DNA of 64,000 nt, taken from contig JAGIQG010000104.1 in the NCBI GenBank assembly GCA_024679065.1, positions 1 through 64,000 of the forward strand. The letters run 5' to 3'. The stretch is from Sphyrna mokarran (taxonomy: Eukaryota). The stretch's first letter is position 1, and each line of letters starts with the position of its first letter. The translations under genes and the position numbers were made by a program. Under the pieces are notes generated by a model that was not told the origin of the DNA, did no database searches, and saw nothing but the letters and a program-made list of their open reading frames with translations. Shown piece after piece: positions 13,113 through 26,095 of the stretch.

Positions 13113-13560
13113 GTATGCCTCCGTATGGCTCTGTAGTTGTAATTTTGGTTCTGGTTGCTTGCAGCTGAATGTTTGAGTTCTATTAATTTCTACATCTCTG
13201 ATCATCCAGAGAGAGAGAGAGATTGCTCACTATACTTCATGAACTGCAAAGCTTCTGCTCTTACTTGCACTGAAACATTTATAGTAGCTCTTGCTCAGCG
13301 CATGTTCACTTTTCCATTAACTCTTTCAGCGCTGAGCCGTGAGGTTCATATCTACAGCACACATAAGAACAGATTAATTTCCATGTCCTGAAACTATCGA
13401 AACAGCCCAATATATCTTTGAAGCTCTGCTTTTGGACTCTGTAGTTGTAATTTTAGTTCTGGTTGTTTGCAGCTGAATGTTTGAGTTGTATTAATTTCTG
13501 CATCTCTGATCATCCAGAGGCAAAAAAAAACAGAATCGTGACATCCGCCTGCTCCCGCTG

Positions 13561-13588
13561 TGCAATGGGCAGTCAGCAGGGGGCGGAC
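13561..13588 (+). promoter_or_regulatory. Candidate CTCF site
   Basis: TGCAATGGGCAGTCAGCAGGGGGCGG resembles the CCAGCAGGGGGCGC core, with a TGCA upstream module. Confidence 0.5.
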
Positions 13589-16500
13589 GTAGGGCGCACC
13601 TGGACACTGAAACAGAAATGTTCATGCATTCATATAGGTTGTTCAATCATTCATTCAAAACTGAATAACATATTTGGAAGGTAGAGATGGTAGGACAGTG
13701 ACCATGTCACTGAACTGTCTCAGACTAATATTATGGGCATACGGGTTAAATTCATTTGCCCACATAGCACCCTCAGTGCACCGAATGCAATGTGAATTTT
13801 TGAATTCAAAATATCTTTTAAGTTTACTTACTTGTGTCACAGGTAGGCTTACATTAATACCGCAATAATGTCACTGTGATAATCCTCTATTGGTCACAAT
13901 CTGGCGCCTGTTCCAGTACATTGGTGTAGAATTTAGCATTGTCAATGTTCCCAACCAGTACATCTTTCAGACTGTGGGAGGAAACCGGAACACCCAAAGA
14001 AAATCTACGGGGACAACATGCGGAGTCCGCACGGACAACGACCGAAGCCTGGAATCGAACCTGGGTTCCTGATGCAATGATACAATAGTTCTAACCAATA
14101 TGTCAGTGCGCCGTCAATCCAGGTATACACAGGAAGGTGAGAAAGAATATACTTGGGATAGATGGGGTGCACCAAAAGTTCACCAGACTGATACATGAAT
14201 TTTGAAGAGAGATTGAGACGTGCATTCAATGAAATTCGGAAGAATAGGAGGTCTTATTGAAAGATATAAAATTCTGACAATTCCAGGATTAGGACCCAAC
14301 AGTACCGAAGGAACGGCCGCTATATTTTCAAGTCAGGATGGTGAGTGACTTGGAGAGTGAATGTCCTTTTGATGATGTTCCCACGTATCTGCTGACCTTA
14401 TGATTTTATCATGGTAATGGCTGTGTCTTGAGAAAGTATTGTCTAGCGCCCTGGGCCCACGAATTCAAATCGCACCAACGGTGACAAGTGTAATTTAAAT
14501 TTAATTAATAAAAATGTAGAATTGAAAATTCGGCTGAATATTAGATACCTTAAGAAAATTGTCATCTGTTGTTGCAATAGCACTTTCTGTGTACCAGTTC
14601 TGCACCAATACTCATTGGGGTTTGGAAGAAAATTGGGGTGAGGGTTGTCTTATGGAAACAAGGAAATAAATATGGTAGCAGCAAGGATGCTGTTTCCACT
14701 GGCAGATGAAATTAGAACTAAGGGACAAGACTTCAAAATAAAGGCGAAGTGATTTTGGATTGTGTTGAGGAGGAACCTCATCACCTAAATGGCTGTGAAT
14801 CTGTATAAATTCCTGCCCAGTGAAATAGCTGTGGCTACATCGTTAAACAGTTTTAAGGTAAAGATAGATTTTTGAGCAGTAAAGGGATTCAGTGCTATGG
14901 TAAGCAGGAGAGTAAGTGGAGTTGAGTCTACAAAAAGATCAGCTATGTTTTTATTGAATGGCATCAGGCCTATTCCTGCTTCCAGTTTTTCTGTTCTTTC
15001 AGAAAGGAAATCTGTCTACAACCTGGACTGTGTGTGAGACAAGACCTCGAGAAATGTGGCCAACATTTACCTATCTTCTGAAACATCCAGTTACACAAGA
15101 GGCGAGAGGCTGCAGCAACCATATGGTGTAGAAAAATTAAAAATAAACTGTTCATCTCTTACATCTTCCAACCCTCATGCAAATACGTTAATCTGAAACC
15201 TGAACTCGGTTTCTCACTTGCACAGTTACTGGCTGGTTTAATGCAGGCAGCGTTTCCTGTTTTTGTCTGAAATGCTGCACTTTGACCTACGCTGGTTTCT
15301 TCCCTGAAAAGAAATGTGGGGCTCATTTTTTAGAATTCCAACTCAGCCTGTTTTCATCCTCGCTCTCTCTGCCTACGAGTCCCTCCTTAGTCTGCTCCAA
15401 TGCTCCAGTGAAGTCCCAAGGACAGTCTTTAGAAAAAATGGGGTGGCACATTTGGGAGAGAGAAGCATGGGAAGATTTTCCTCTCAGAGGGTCATATGTC
15501 CCTGGAAGTCCCTCCCTCAGAAGGCAGTGGAAGCAGACTTTCAATATTTCTAAAGGCAGAAGGAGCTGGATTCTTAGTAAACAAGAAGGGTGAAATGTGC
15601 TCATGTTGGCAGAAGCTTATAATAAGATCAGCTGTAATCTTGTTTACTGGCAGAGCAGGGAGAAAGAGGCCAAGTTGCAAACTGTTATTTCTCAGTAGCC
15701 TGTATGTTACTGTATACATACCAAAATTTCGTAGCGGCTTAGTAAGGTGCACGTGTAACAGACGTAACAAAATCTGTTCCTGAAATCGATAATGAGCAAG
15801 TTGGGTTTACATTGCCAACTGTTAGGCTCGATGATTCATTGTCTCAAAGACCAGAGTAAACATTCTCTGCGGTGACTTTCAAAAGAGAATGATTACAAAT
15901 TGGAAAATATAACATGCAGAGGGACATGTCCCAACAGCAAATACATTTTTTTGTTAGCTCATTGAGATAGCAATAGTGCTCGTTAGGCCAATTTGCCTCG
16001 TTTCTGAATATATAAATTGGATGAGTAACAGGATTGACTGGAGTGTAACACTTTCATTTGATTCATTAATGGTTGTTCCCTAAATAACCGGCTAAACGGG
16101 AACTTGTTAATTCTTAGATTCTTTCTCAATAATTTTCATTCATTTGTCTAGGATTGATGTTCGCAGGGCCAAAAATTGTTGCTAGCCTAAAATGCAAATT
16201 ACGGCGGAATCCTTAATACAAAACAAAACCAGAACGTTTTGGAACATCTCAGTGGGTCTGACAGTATCTGCGGAGAGAGAATAGAACCAATGTTTAGAGT
16301 CCGGATGAGAATTCGTCAGGGCCATCTGGACTTGAAAGTTAACACTATGCTCTCTTCACAAATGATGTTCGAGCTGCAGAACTTTTCCTGCATTTTCTGG
16401 TTTTGTTTTGGCTCTTGCTAATTGCATTTGAACAGTGTAGTTTGCTAATGACCATCTCAGATGATAGTTTACAGTCAAACAGGGAAGGGAACGGTGTGGT

Positions 16501-17219
16501 GATATTATCGCTGGAGTATCAATTCATAAACTCAGCCAATCTTCTGGGTTCCCCTGTTTGAAACCCAATTCAATAAAAATATCTGAAACGTCGAATCTAC
16601 TGATGAGAGTGAAATCTTTGTCATTTGTCAGAGAAAAAAACCATCTGGGTCACTGTATCCTTTAGGGAAGGAAACCTGCCGTGCTTCCCTGGTTTGGCCA
16701 ACACGTGAATCTGGAGCCACATCAATGTGGTTGACTGTAAACTGTCCTCTAAGAGCAACTGGAGATGGACAATAAACGTCCATGTTTCACGAAAGAACAA
16801 AAATGTTGTGTGTCGAGAGTCACATGAAGGCCAGACTGTGGAAAGACCGCAGATTTTCTTTCTTAAGGCGGGAAGAAAGTGTTTCCACTCGACCTGATTG
16901 GGGACTTGGGATGGGGTGATACGGGGAAAGATCGGATAGAATCCATTGGAGTACAGAAGATTGAGTGATGATTTTTTGAAACATATCTGATCCTTTGGAG
17001 GGGTGGGGGGGTAGAGTCGGAGGGGTGATGGGAGCAACGGTGTTAGAGTGGAAGCTGACGGAATGTTTAACTTTCCGGGACAGATTGGAAAGAGAGAGAA
17101 GTAAAGAATTGTTTCTTCTTTCAGATGCCTGCGTGCCTTTGGAACTGTCTTCTGCAGAAATCTCCTGCAGCTTCAGTCGCTGGGAAAGTCTCTGAAAAGA
17201 TTCAGGCTTATCGACAGTT

Positions 17220-17590
17220 GGCAACATCTGGCCTCTCACCACTACCCCCGGCTCTGCCTAACTGCCATCTCGCTGCTGGAGTTTCCAGTCCCGGGTGATT
17301 AAACCACAAGTTCTGCTCTTTGAACAAACTGAGAGGCTCAGCGAGCTGTTGAGTGAAACCGCACACTCGGCGGACTTCTTTCTGCCGTTAGTCGCCTTGT
17401 CAACCAAACCCTGGTTCCCCCAATCAGCAGTGAGCGCATGTATCATTACATCTCAACAGTTTCTATCAAAATACGCAACCGAAAGTCGATTAACCCTCCT
17501 GCTGCCAAGAAGCAGAAAAAAATAAACACTGATAGGATTTTCATAACGTGACTTCGAGACTGAGAATGTAATTTGTGTCGTTCCTGTAAG
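17220..17590. promoter_or_regulatory. Candidate T-cell 3' enhancer of the TCR cluster
   Basis: E-box CATCTG 17225, MYB TAACTG 17259 and GCCGTTAG 17384, RUNX AACCACA 17302 and AACCGCA 17357, TCF/LEF CTTTGAA 17318, GATA and ETS cores; non-repetitive sequence that retains CpGs. Confidence 0.4.
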
Positions 17591-17694
17591 AGAGCTGGAT
17601 CATTCCTCTTAAAATACCAAATACAGGTTGAGCAGTTCACACTAAAGTTTGATGTTAGGGGGAACGGCCTCCGGGCAAGTCATCCAGAGTCCTA

Positions 17695-18010
17695 AGCACA
17701 GCGGTTAACTCTGCAGTGCCAGAGACACTGGTTCGAATTGAGCCTTGGGGAGCTGTCAGTGTTAAATGTGCATGTTCTCCCCGTGTCTGCATCGGTTTTA
17801 TCCGGATGCTCTAGTCTCCTATCTCAGCCCAAGGATGTACAGGTTGAGTGTATTGGCCGTGCTACAATGCACCTTTGTGTCCCACAGATGTGCAGGATTG
17901 ATCGGGGGCAGAGGGGAGGGTCTGGATTGATTTCTCTTTCAGAGAGTTGGTGCAGACCCGATGGAGCGAATGGCCGCTTTCTGCAATGTATTGTTTCTAC
18001 GATTCTATTT
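17695..18010 (+). mobile_element. HE1/V-SINE
   Basis: TTCTCCCCGTGTCTGCATCGGTTTTATCCGGATGCTC core and CR1-derived tail. Confidence 0.7.
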
Positions 18011-18789
18011 TAACACGAACACAAAACCCATTATGATAAATTGTTCCTCCCTCCCTCTTCAAGAGTGTTATAACAGCATCTTATAATGGCATGGTGAGTA
18101 ATCCAGAAAGCCAGAGCTCTGGGCATATATGAGGATTGAATTCCAGCCATGGCAGTTAGAGAAACCTGAATTCAATAAAAGCAATCGGGAATTCAGCAAT
18201 CGAACCATGAGTCACTTGTTGTTAAAACCCATCTGGTTCACTTCATGGGACTTCAAGTACAACACGACGGTCAATGCAAGCCACACGGTTCAATGGTGAT
18301 TCAGGATGGGAAATACATTCTGGCCCTGCCCACAGTGCACTTACTAATAACTGAAATAACAAATACATTGTGTCAGGGAGTCGCTGGCCTGGCCAACATT
18401 TATAGCCCATCCCTAATGGGCCGAATTACCACAGCAGCAGATGTAGTTAAACCCGGCATAGGAGCAACGTTTCCCTTTGGATGTTGGGAACATTTTGGGA
18501 TTTTTCTCGCTTTCCCAGCTTGGTGGTGTTATCTCCTCAATTTCCTCATTCCTATTCGGAAGCTCTCGCTCTCCCATTACTTTAATTCCCATTGTTTCTC
18601 GTTGTTACATTTTAAGGCGGGTGGGGGAGGGGGGGTGGGGGTGATGCGGTGTGTGGAGACAGCAGCAAAATGATAAGACCACCAAAACCAAACATTCCTG
18701 AATGGAAGGATGTGAGAAGGGCTTTCCTCAGGGATCACTGCTGGCACAATTACTGTTTGTAATACATATATAGAAAATAGAACAGAATT

Positions 18790-19660
18790 GTTTAGTAAGT
18801 TTGAAGATGACACAAAGGTTCGTAGATTTGCGGATGAGGACCATCAGAGGATACAGCAGGATATAGATCCGTTGGAGGCTTGATCGACGGGATAGCAGAT
18901 GGAACTAAATCTGGACAAATGTGAGATGATGCATTTTGGAAGGTCTAAAACAGATAGGGAATATACAGTAAATGGCAGAATCCTTAAGAATATTGATAGG
19001 CAGCGGGATGTAGGTGTACAGGCAATGCAAATGGAGAAGGTAGTCAAGAAAGCATACGGCATGCTTGCCTTCATCAGCCAGGGCAATGAGTTTAAAAATT
19101 GGCAAGTCAAGTTGCAGCTTTATACAACCTTAGTTAGTCTGCACTTGGAATATAGTGTTCAATACTGGTCGCCCACACCACCAGCAAGATGTGGACACTT
19201 TGGAGAGGGTCCACAAAATACTTACCACAATGTTACCTGGTGTGGAGGGCATTCGCAATGAGGAAAGGTTGGAGAAATTTGGGTTGATCTCACTGGAACA
19301 ACAGAGGTTGAGGGGGTGGCCGGATAAGTGGCTCCAAAATTATGAGAGGCATGGACAGAAAGGATAGTCAGAAGGTTTTTCCCAGGCTGGAAGAGTCAAT
19401 TACCAGGAGGCATAGGTTTAAGGTGTAAGCAGCAAGGTTTATATGAGGCAAGTTTTTTTTTACACAAAAGGTGGAAGTGGATACAGTAGTGAGTTTTAAA
19501 GGGCACCTTGACAATACATGCAGAGAATGGAAATAAAGGGATGTGGTCCCCGGAAAAGTAATGGCTTTTAGTTCAGTCGGGCAGTGTGGTTGGTGCAGGA
19601 TTGGAGGGCCAAAATTCCTATTCCTGCGCTATAATTTTCTTTTTTTTTCTTTGTTTTTTG
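18790..19660 (+). mobile_element. CR1 LINE 3' part, decayed
   Basis: KCEMMHFGRS, LYTTLVSLHLEYSVQYWSP. Confidence 0.85.
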
Positions 19661-19899
19661 TACTGAAATGGCTATTGAACCAATGAACCTCAGTCCTGAG
19701 ACCACAGTTCAAACCTGTGGATTTTCAATTATTTCACTTCAAAAAATAAATTGGCTTCAATTGGCGGGATCTGCCATAGGCAGCCGGTATCCTCGTGATG
19801 GACCGAATGGCCTCGATTTGCGCTGCTCGACGTCAAGTGCGCTCTGTTGACCATACCAAATACATGTCTTGCCATTGCTTTAACAAAGAGACAGAAGAC

Positions 19900-21222
19900 A
19901 TCCTTCAGTAAAGACTGCAGATTTATTCAATATTAATAGCAATGCAAATGACAAAAGAACAAGTTTACAGATATGAACAAAAGTGTGATTAACGAACCAG
20001 AAGAGCATAAGGCGAAGCAGCTGAAGTGGACCATTCAGCCCATCGGCTCTGCTTCGCCGTTCAATGAAATCATGGTTGATTTAATACCATCCTCAACTCC
20101 ACTTTACCACCTTCTCCCCAGTGCTCTCTCTTCCCCTGACTAACCAGACAATCTTAAATGTATCTGAATGTCCCATCTGTGAAATAACCTGAGCTCAATA
20201 ACCTGATTTTAGGTTAAGCTAATGGCGAGATATTTAAAAACTCTTGCTCATCTTATTTGTGAGATGCCGTGTAATGATGAAGCTCTGCACAGTGGGAGAG
20301 GGGGGCTCGATTATCTCTAAGGAGCCGGATGTACAGCCTGGGGTTTGGTGCCTCTGTGGCACTGGGAGGAAAATCTGGAGTCCAAGATTCAGTGCGGGAG
20401 TGAGAATATCACCTTGGCTACAATCTAAAAGCGGGTGGCATCCCACTTACCACCTGATATTCGCTCTGATTGACTTTCTTTGATTCAGAGAAGTAACTCC
20501 AGGCTGTCAAACTCACCCTTTTCTCCACTAGCTCTTGAAATACTCAAAAAAAAAGAGACTGATTAAAACTGAGTGGATCAGCTAGGGGTCATTTCAAAAC
20601 CAGTCTATCTACTCACCAATCAAATCTAACTACTGAGTTATTGAGTTTGATGAAAATCCGATCAGAACCTTGCTGATTAAATATATCTTACGCTCTTAAA
20701 TTACATGCAATAAAAGTGCAACGTTTAAAATAACTACCAGAATAAACAGCCAAAAGGTAAAGCTGAGATGCCATTAGCTAGGTTGCCCTGTAAAGGTGCT
20801 GGGGCTGTCACTATGGGCTGAGTGGCTGCTTTTTTCTCTGTAATAGAATTCTACTATTCTAAGCAAAGAATATAAAAATCGAAGTTCTATGTGTCGTAAA
20901 ATTGAAAATGCTGTTTTCAAAAATATCTCCGATACTAATGCTGGCAGAAACCATATAAATGTGAGCTCCACGCTGTTGTTGAAACGCACAATTGAAATGT
21001 TTGTGTCACATGAGCAGTAGCATTCATGGAGAACCACGAGTTTCAAATCAAAATAATAGTGGAAAAATGTTACCCAAATGAGGATATTTAAAAGTTAAGC
21101 TGCCATTTAAAACAAGTGAGCTTGAATTGCTTGAAGTGGAATCTATGATCAGGAAGTGTCTGGATTTTGATGCCCCAGTCAATGAGTTCATATCTGAATC
21201 CATTTAATCTTCCAACGCAGTT
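19900..21222 (-). other. Terminal (cytoplasmic/3' UTR) exon of the TCR-delta-like gene; AATAAA at 19927-19922
   Basis: Acceptor CCTTTCATTCCAAACAG| at 21223; phase-1 reading gives (E)LRWKIKWIQI*; the first canonical minus-strand AATAAA seen is followed by GU-rich sequence. Confidence 0.55.
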
Positions 21223-21719
21223 CTGTTTGGAATGAAAGGAACAACAATGGGAGAACATCAAAGATCAGCAAGAAAAGAACACGTTTTATCTTTACAGTCT
21301 CCATTAACCTGCTCCATTAATATTCTCAGACGCCAATGCAAGTGCACAAAAATCCCTACAGTGCAGAAGGATGCGATTTGGCCCACAGAGTCTGCACCGA
21401 CTCTCTGAAAGTGCCACACAGCTCAAGACCAGATGATGGGTGTAAAAGGCTGGTCTGTCAGTGACACCCATAATTAAACACAACTCTGGAGAGGTTTAAG
21501 AAGTCAAGGTTGCGATTGGGGGTGGGGGTTGACGGGATGAAAAGCGATGAGGATGGGGCACTGGGGGAAGAGTCCGTTTGTCTAAATGTATCCAAGTTAC
21601 TGTTCACTCCACGGGTTAGCTTCAGCGCTGCCTTAACAGTGACCTCGCGGGATCCCGTCAATGGACTGTGTCCATCACACTTTGTCTTTCTGGGCAGGCA
21701 TTTAGGTGACCGATCTTAC

Positions 21720-21830
21720 CTCAAAATAACCACACCCTGGCCGTCATCAGGACACTGAAGACAATGCTCTTGAGAAACAAAATCCTTAGCCCCATCACCG
21801 TCAAAGACAAAAAGTTTGTCCTCAGTCGAT
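21720..21830 (-). CDS. TCR-delta-like transmembrane exon (optional in-frame extension to 21887)
   Basis: DRLRTNFLSLTVMGLRILFLKSIVFSVLMTARVWLF* has the TCR alpha/delta CART motif with charged R and K; acceptor TTTTGGCAG|, donor G|GTAAG just after the stop. Confidence 0.9.
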
Positions 21831-22360
21831 CTGCCAAAATGAGAAAAACAAATGATAGATCTGGTTTGGTACATATATCACTTGGAACTGAAAAAGAAAT
21901 GTATAACATTAATGTGTTTCTTTTCCATTATCTAACTGCTTGACTTTTGTCCGTCTGTCCATCCTGTCCGCTGTCCTCTGTCCACCAGCCCGACTGTCTG
22001 CTGTCGATCTATCTGCATCTGTCTTTCACCCTGAATCTCCCTCTCTCTCTCTCTCTCTGTCTCCTCCTCTCTCTCTCTTTCTTGCCCCCCACCTCCACCC
22101 CATCCCCCGCATCCCTCGATTTATATCTCTCTCGCCCTCACTCTGTGTGACGATCTATCTTTCTCTCCATCTCACTATATCTTTATCATTCGATATCCGG
22201 CTCTGTATCCCTGTCTATCTCTCAGTTATCAATCTGTCTATTTGCAGTATTTTCCATTGATAAATGTTGAATAAAGCACATACCGTTTTCTGTCGAGGAA
22301 TCATATCGACTTTTAAGGCATTTAGTTTGATCTGGAAGGACACAAAACAAACTGACTTAT

Positions 22361-22438
22361 TCAGTGAATAAGTGCCATTACTGTGACCATGTTTGTTCTC
22401 AATATCACTTCCAATAATATTGTTCTCATAACAAATAG
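22361..22438 (-). pseudogene. Connecting-peptide (hinge) exon with both splice sites mutated
   Basis: 78 nt, phase 1-1, AICYENNIIGSDIENKHGHSNGTYSL; flanked by TTCTTCGTGG| (AG>GG) and |ATAAGT (GT>AT). Confidence 0.6.
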
Positions 22439-25196
22439 CCACGAAGAAAGTGAGAATCAAACAGCACGATTGGATATGTTCAGTTCATTATTCACAACGG
22501 AGAAACATTGATAACTCTGCCATTTAGTTCAGCCCAAATCTGAGTTCAAAGAGTGTAGGTTCGATTACCCATCAGGGATTAAACCCCAGAATCCAGACCA
22601 TTCCATCGGGGCGGTATTTCACTGTCTTCCGAAGAAGTGGTGAAACCGAGGCCTGATTTCAGCTCTGCAGTGGATTAATGATATCAGGACATTTCTCCAG
22701 AGGAGCGGGATTCTCCAGTACCCTGGTTAGTATTTAATACTTTCCTAAATTCGGTGATACACCAGCAGCTGCGGATCCTGGACACTGCCGTGAACTATAA
22801 TGGTTCGCTCTTATTATTTTTATTCACTTATGGAATGTGGATATCGCTGGCAGGTCAGCATTTACTGTCAATCCCTAATTACCCCCTTCAGAAGATGGTT
22901 GTGAGTCCCCTGATTGAAACTCTCCAAGTCCGTGAGGTATGCATACACACAGGGCCCTTAGGGAAGAAGTTCCAACATTTTCATAGAGCGACAGTGAAGG
23001 AAATGCCAAAGTATTTCCAAGTCAGGATGTTAAGTGATAATGGTGTTCCCAGGCATTTGCTGCCCTTGTCCTCCGAGATGATATATAATTTTGTAAATGT
23101 GCACACCTTTATCATGGAATCCTAGAGGCGTAGGCCAAAGTCATAGGTAGAAGAAGGATTGGAATGAGGTGTTCACTGAATGTTAAAATGACGGCGTGAG
23201 CTTGTTGGGCTGAAGTGCTTGTTTCCTGTGCTGTGTTGTTCTTTGTTCTTTGATAACGGCCATGAGTTTGGAAGGTTCAGCAGAAAGAGACTTGGAGAAT
23301 CACTGCTGTGTATCTTGTGGATGGCAAACTCTGCTACCACTGTGTTTTGGTGGTGGAAGAAGTGGATGTTTGTGAATGAAGTACTTGATGCTAAAGCGGC
23401 ACAGGTGCACAGTGGTTAGTACTGTTGCACCCCCCTTGCCCTCCCCCCCACCTCCATCCCTTTCCTCCCCCCACGCACCCCCCACCCCCACCCCCCCACA
23501 CCGTGCCCACTGCGACAGGGACCTGGATTTGATTCCCGGCTTGGGTGATTGTCGGTGCAGAGGTGCAGAGTCTGCACGTTTTCCTCTTGTCAGCGTGGGT
23601 CTGATCCACAGGATACACAGCAGTCATTCTCCAAGTCCGGTTTCCTCTGAAAGACGTGCTGATTAGATGCATTGGGTCATGCTACATTCTTCCTCAGTGT
23701 CCCCGAACAAGTGCAGAGTGTGGTGATTAGGAGACTTTCACAGTAACTTCATTGCTGGTTTAATCTAAGTCTACTTGTGACATTTAAAAAAAACATTTAA
23801 TCAAGCGGAGCTGTTTTGTGCTGTTTAGTCAAATTTCTGAGTGTTGCTGGAGCTGCATTCATCAAGCAAGTGGTTAATACACTACCACAGTCATGATTAT
23901 GTCTTGTGGATGGTGCAGAGGATTTGGGAGTTTAAGAGACACGTTATTCAGCACAGGATTCCCAATCTCCGCCATGCTCTTGCAGTCAGAGCACTTGTAT
24001 GGTTAATCCAGTTCAGCTTCTGAGCAACGTTAACCCTCAGGCTGTTGATAGTGTGGGTGGACCATTTAGAAATCTACAAGGAGGCATGTACAGATTGAAT
24101 AGTCAGAAACTTCTTTTTCTCTCAGTATGGAAGAGTCAATTATTAAGGAGCATAGAGTTAAGGTTTGAAGGAGATGTGCGAGGCATTTATTTTTTACACA
24201 CAGGATGGTGGATGGTGGAACTCGCTGCCAGGAATGGTAGTGGAAGCAGATACGATAGTGAGTTTTAAGAGGCATCTGGACAAATACATGAATAGGATGG
24301 GAATAGAGTGAAATGGCGCCGGAAATGTGGGAGATTTCAGTTCAGTCGGGGCAGCATGTTCAGTGCAGGCTTGAAGGGCCGAAGGGCCTGTTCCTGCGCT
24401 GTAATTTTCTTTGTTCTTTGTTTCAGTCATGGTAACGCCAGTAAATGACAAGAACCGATTGTTACCTTCTTTCCTGTTGGAGTTGGTCATTGTCTGGAAC
24501 GTGGGTGGTGCAATGTTATTTGCAGCTTGTCAGTCCAAGCCTGGATAATGTCCAACTATTGCTACATTTGTAATGCATTACTTCATGATCTGAGGGATCA
24601 TGAATGGTGCTGAACATTGTTCAGTTATCAGCGAACATCCCAACATCTGACCTTAACAATGGATTGAAGGTGATTGATGAAGCAACTGAAGCTGATTGGT
24701 TCTGAGACACTGAGGAACTCCTGCAGTGAAGTCCCGAGACTAGAATAATTGACCTTCAATCATTAGTCAGCTAATCTTTCAAAAAGACAACATTCTGAGG
24801 GACAATGACGCCGAAAGTGTTCAGGGGATGGATAATATTTAGGGACGTTCTTCTTGTCATAAAACACTCTCAGGGGAGGCAGGAGCGCAGTGATATTGTC
24901 AATCCAACGATCCAGAATATTAATGTGTGTTCAAATTCACTGACAGATGCGAAATTTGAATGTTAAAGAAATACAATTAGAATTCTAATGATGACCAATG
25001 GAATTATTGTCGTTTATCATTAAAACTCATTTGGTTCACTAATATCCTTTAGGGAAGGAAATCTGCCGTCCTTACACTGCCTGGCCGGTAAGTGAATCTT
25101 AAATGCCCTCTGCTGAAGGGCAATTTAGGATGGGCAATAAATGCTGGTCAAGCCAATGACACCCACATCACATGAACGGAAATAAAATAAACTTAC

Positions 25197-25508
25197 CAAT
25201 CCCAGCTGTGGGTAGGGTGTTTACTGAGTAAATCTGATTATTGTGAAATGCCTTGCACGTGATGTTTGGCGATTTCCCGGATTGGGAGAAAAAGAGGAAA
25301 CCCGAACTCCTGTAATTCCCGCTCTCCAATGGGACACTGGATCTTGTCACATTGACCTCCTGGCCGGATCCTGTGTACAGGGAGAGCTGGATTGCCTTGG
25401 GGGAGAAGTCCGAGGCCAAGCAGACTGCAGCGGTGCTGGTGTTGGTGGCTCCCGGTGGCACTGGCGGGTAAAAGACACTCAATTTTGGTTCTTTTAGGTT
25501 TTTCACTT
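25197..25508 (-). CDS. TRDC: TCR-delta-like constant Ig (C1-set) domain exon
   Basis: KVKNLKEPKLSVFYP...AAVCLASDFSPKAI...GNYRSSGFL...ITCKAFHN; TTTTTTCAG| acceptor, G|GTAAGT donor, 312 nt open frame. Confidence 0.85.
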
Positions 25509-25799
25509 CTGAAAAAATTAAGAAATAAAAGGAAATAACCAGAATATAAAAGATTACCTCTTCCACCCTCTAATCCCATTCGATTAGACCCGCATTTTTC
25601 CTGTGCTTTAACCCGATATAAGTTTCTACACTGATTACTGAATGCTGAGAATGGATTAGCAATCTTATTCCCTTGGCGGAGAGAAGTCTGAGGAGTGACG
25701 CCGCTCTCTCACTCTCTCTCTCACACACACACTTAGTTCCCACTGTTTTTTTTTTAATATTTTAAAGAGAACAATATTTGGACAAGAGACTGATGGAGG

Positions 25800-26095
25800 G
25801 CGGCACTGTAGCACAATAGTTAGCATTATTGCCTCACAGCGCCAAAGACCCAGGCTCAATTCCGGCCTCGGCTCACTCTCTGTGTGATCTCCCGGTGGGT
25901 TTCGTCCGGGTGCTCCGGTTTCCTCTCAGAGTCCAAGGATGTGCGGGTTAGGTTGACTGGCCAAGCTAAATTGACCGTAATGTCAGAGGATTAGTTGAGT
26001 AAATATGTGGCATAATGAAGTTAGAGCCTGTGTGGAATTAGGGTCAGTGCAGTCTCGATGGGATGAACGGCCTCCTTCTGTACTGTAGCGATTCT
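25800..26095 (+). mobile_element. HE1/V-SINE in the J-C intron
   Basis: GGCGGCACTGTAGCACAATAGTTAGC head; GGGTGCTCCGGTTTCCTC core. Confidence 0.75.

Noticed and set aside
17100-17195. Acceptor-like TCTTTTCAG as the terminal TCR exon
   Set aside because: The 21222 acceptor is closer, gives a delta-like tail and is followed by AATAAA; no poly(A) signal was seen after 17190
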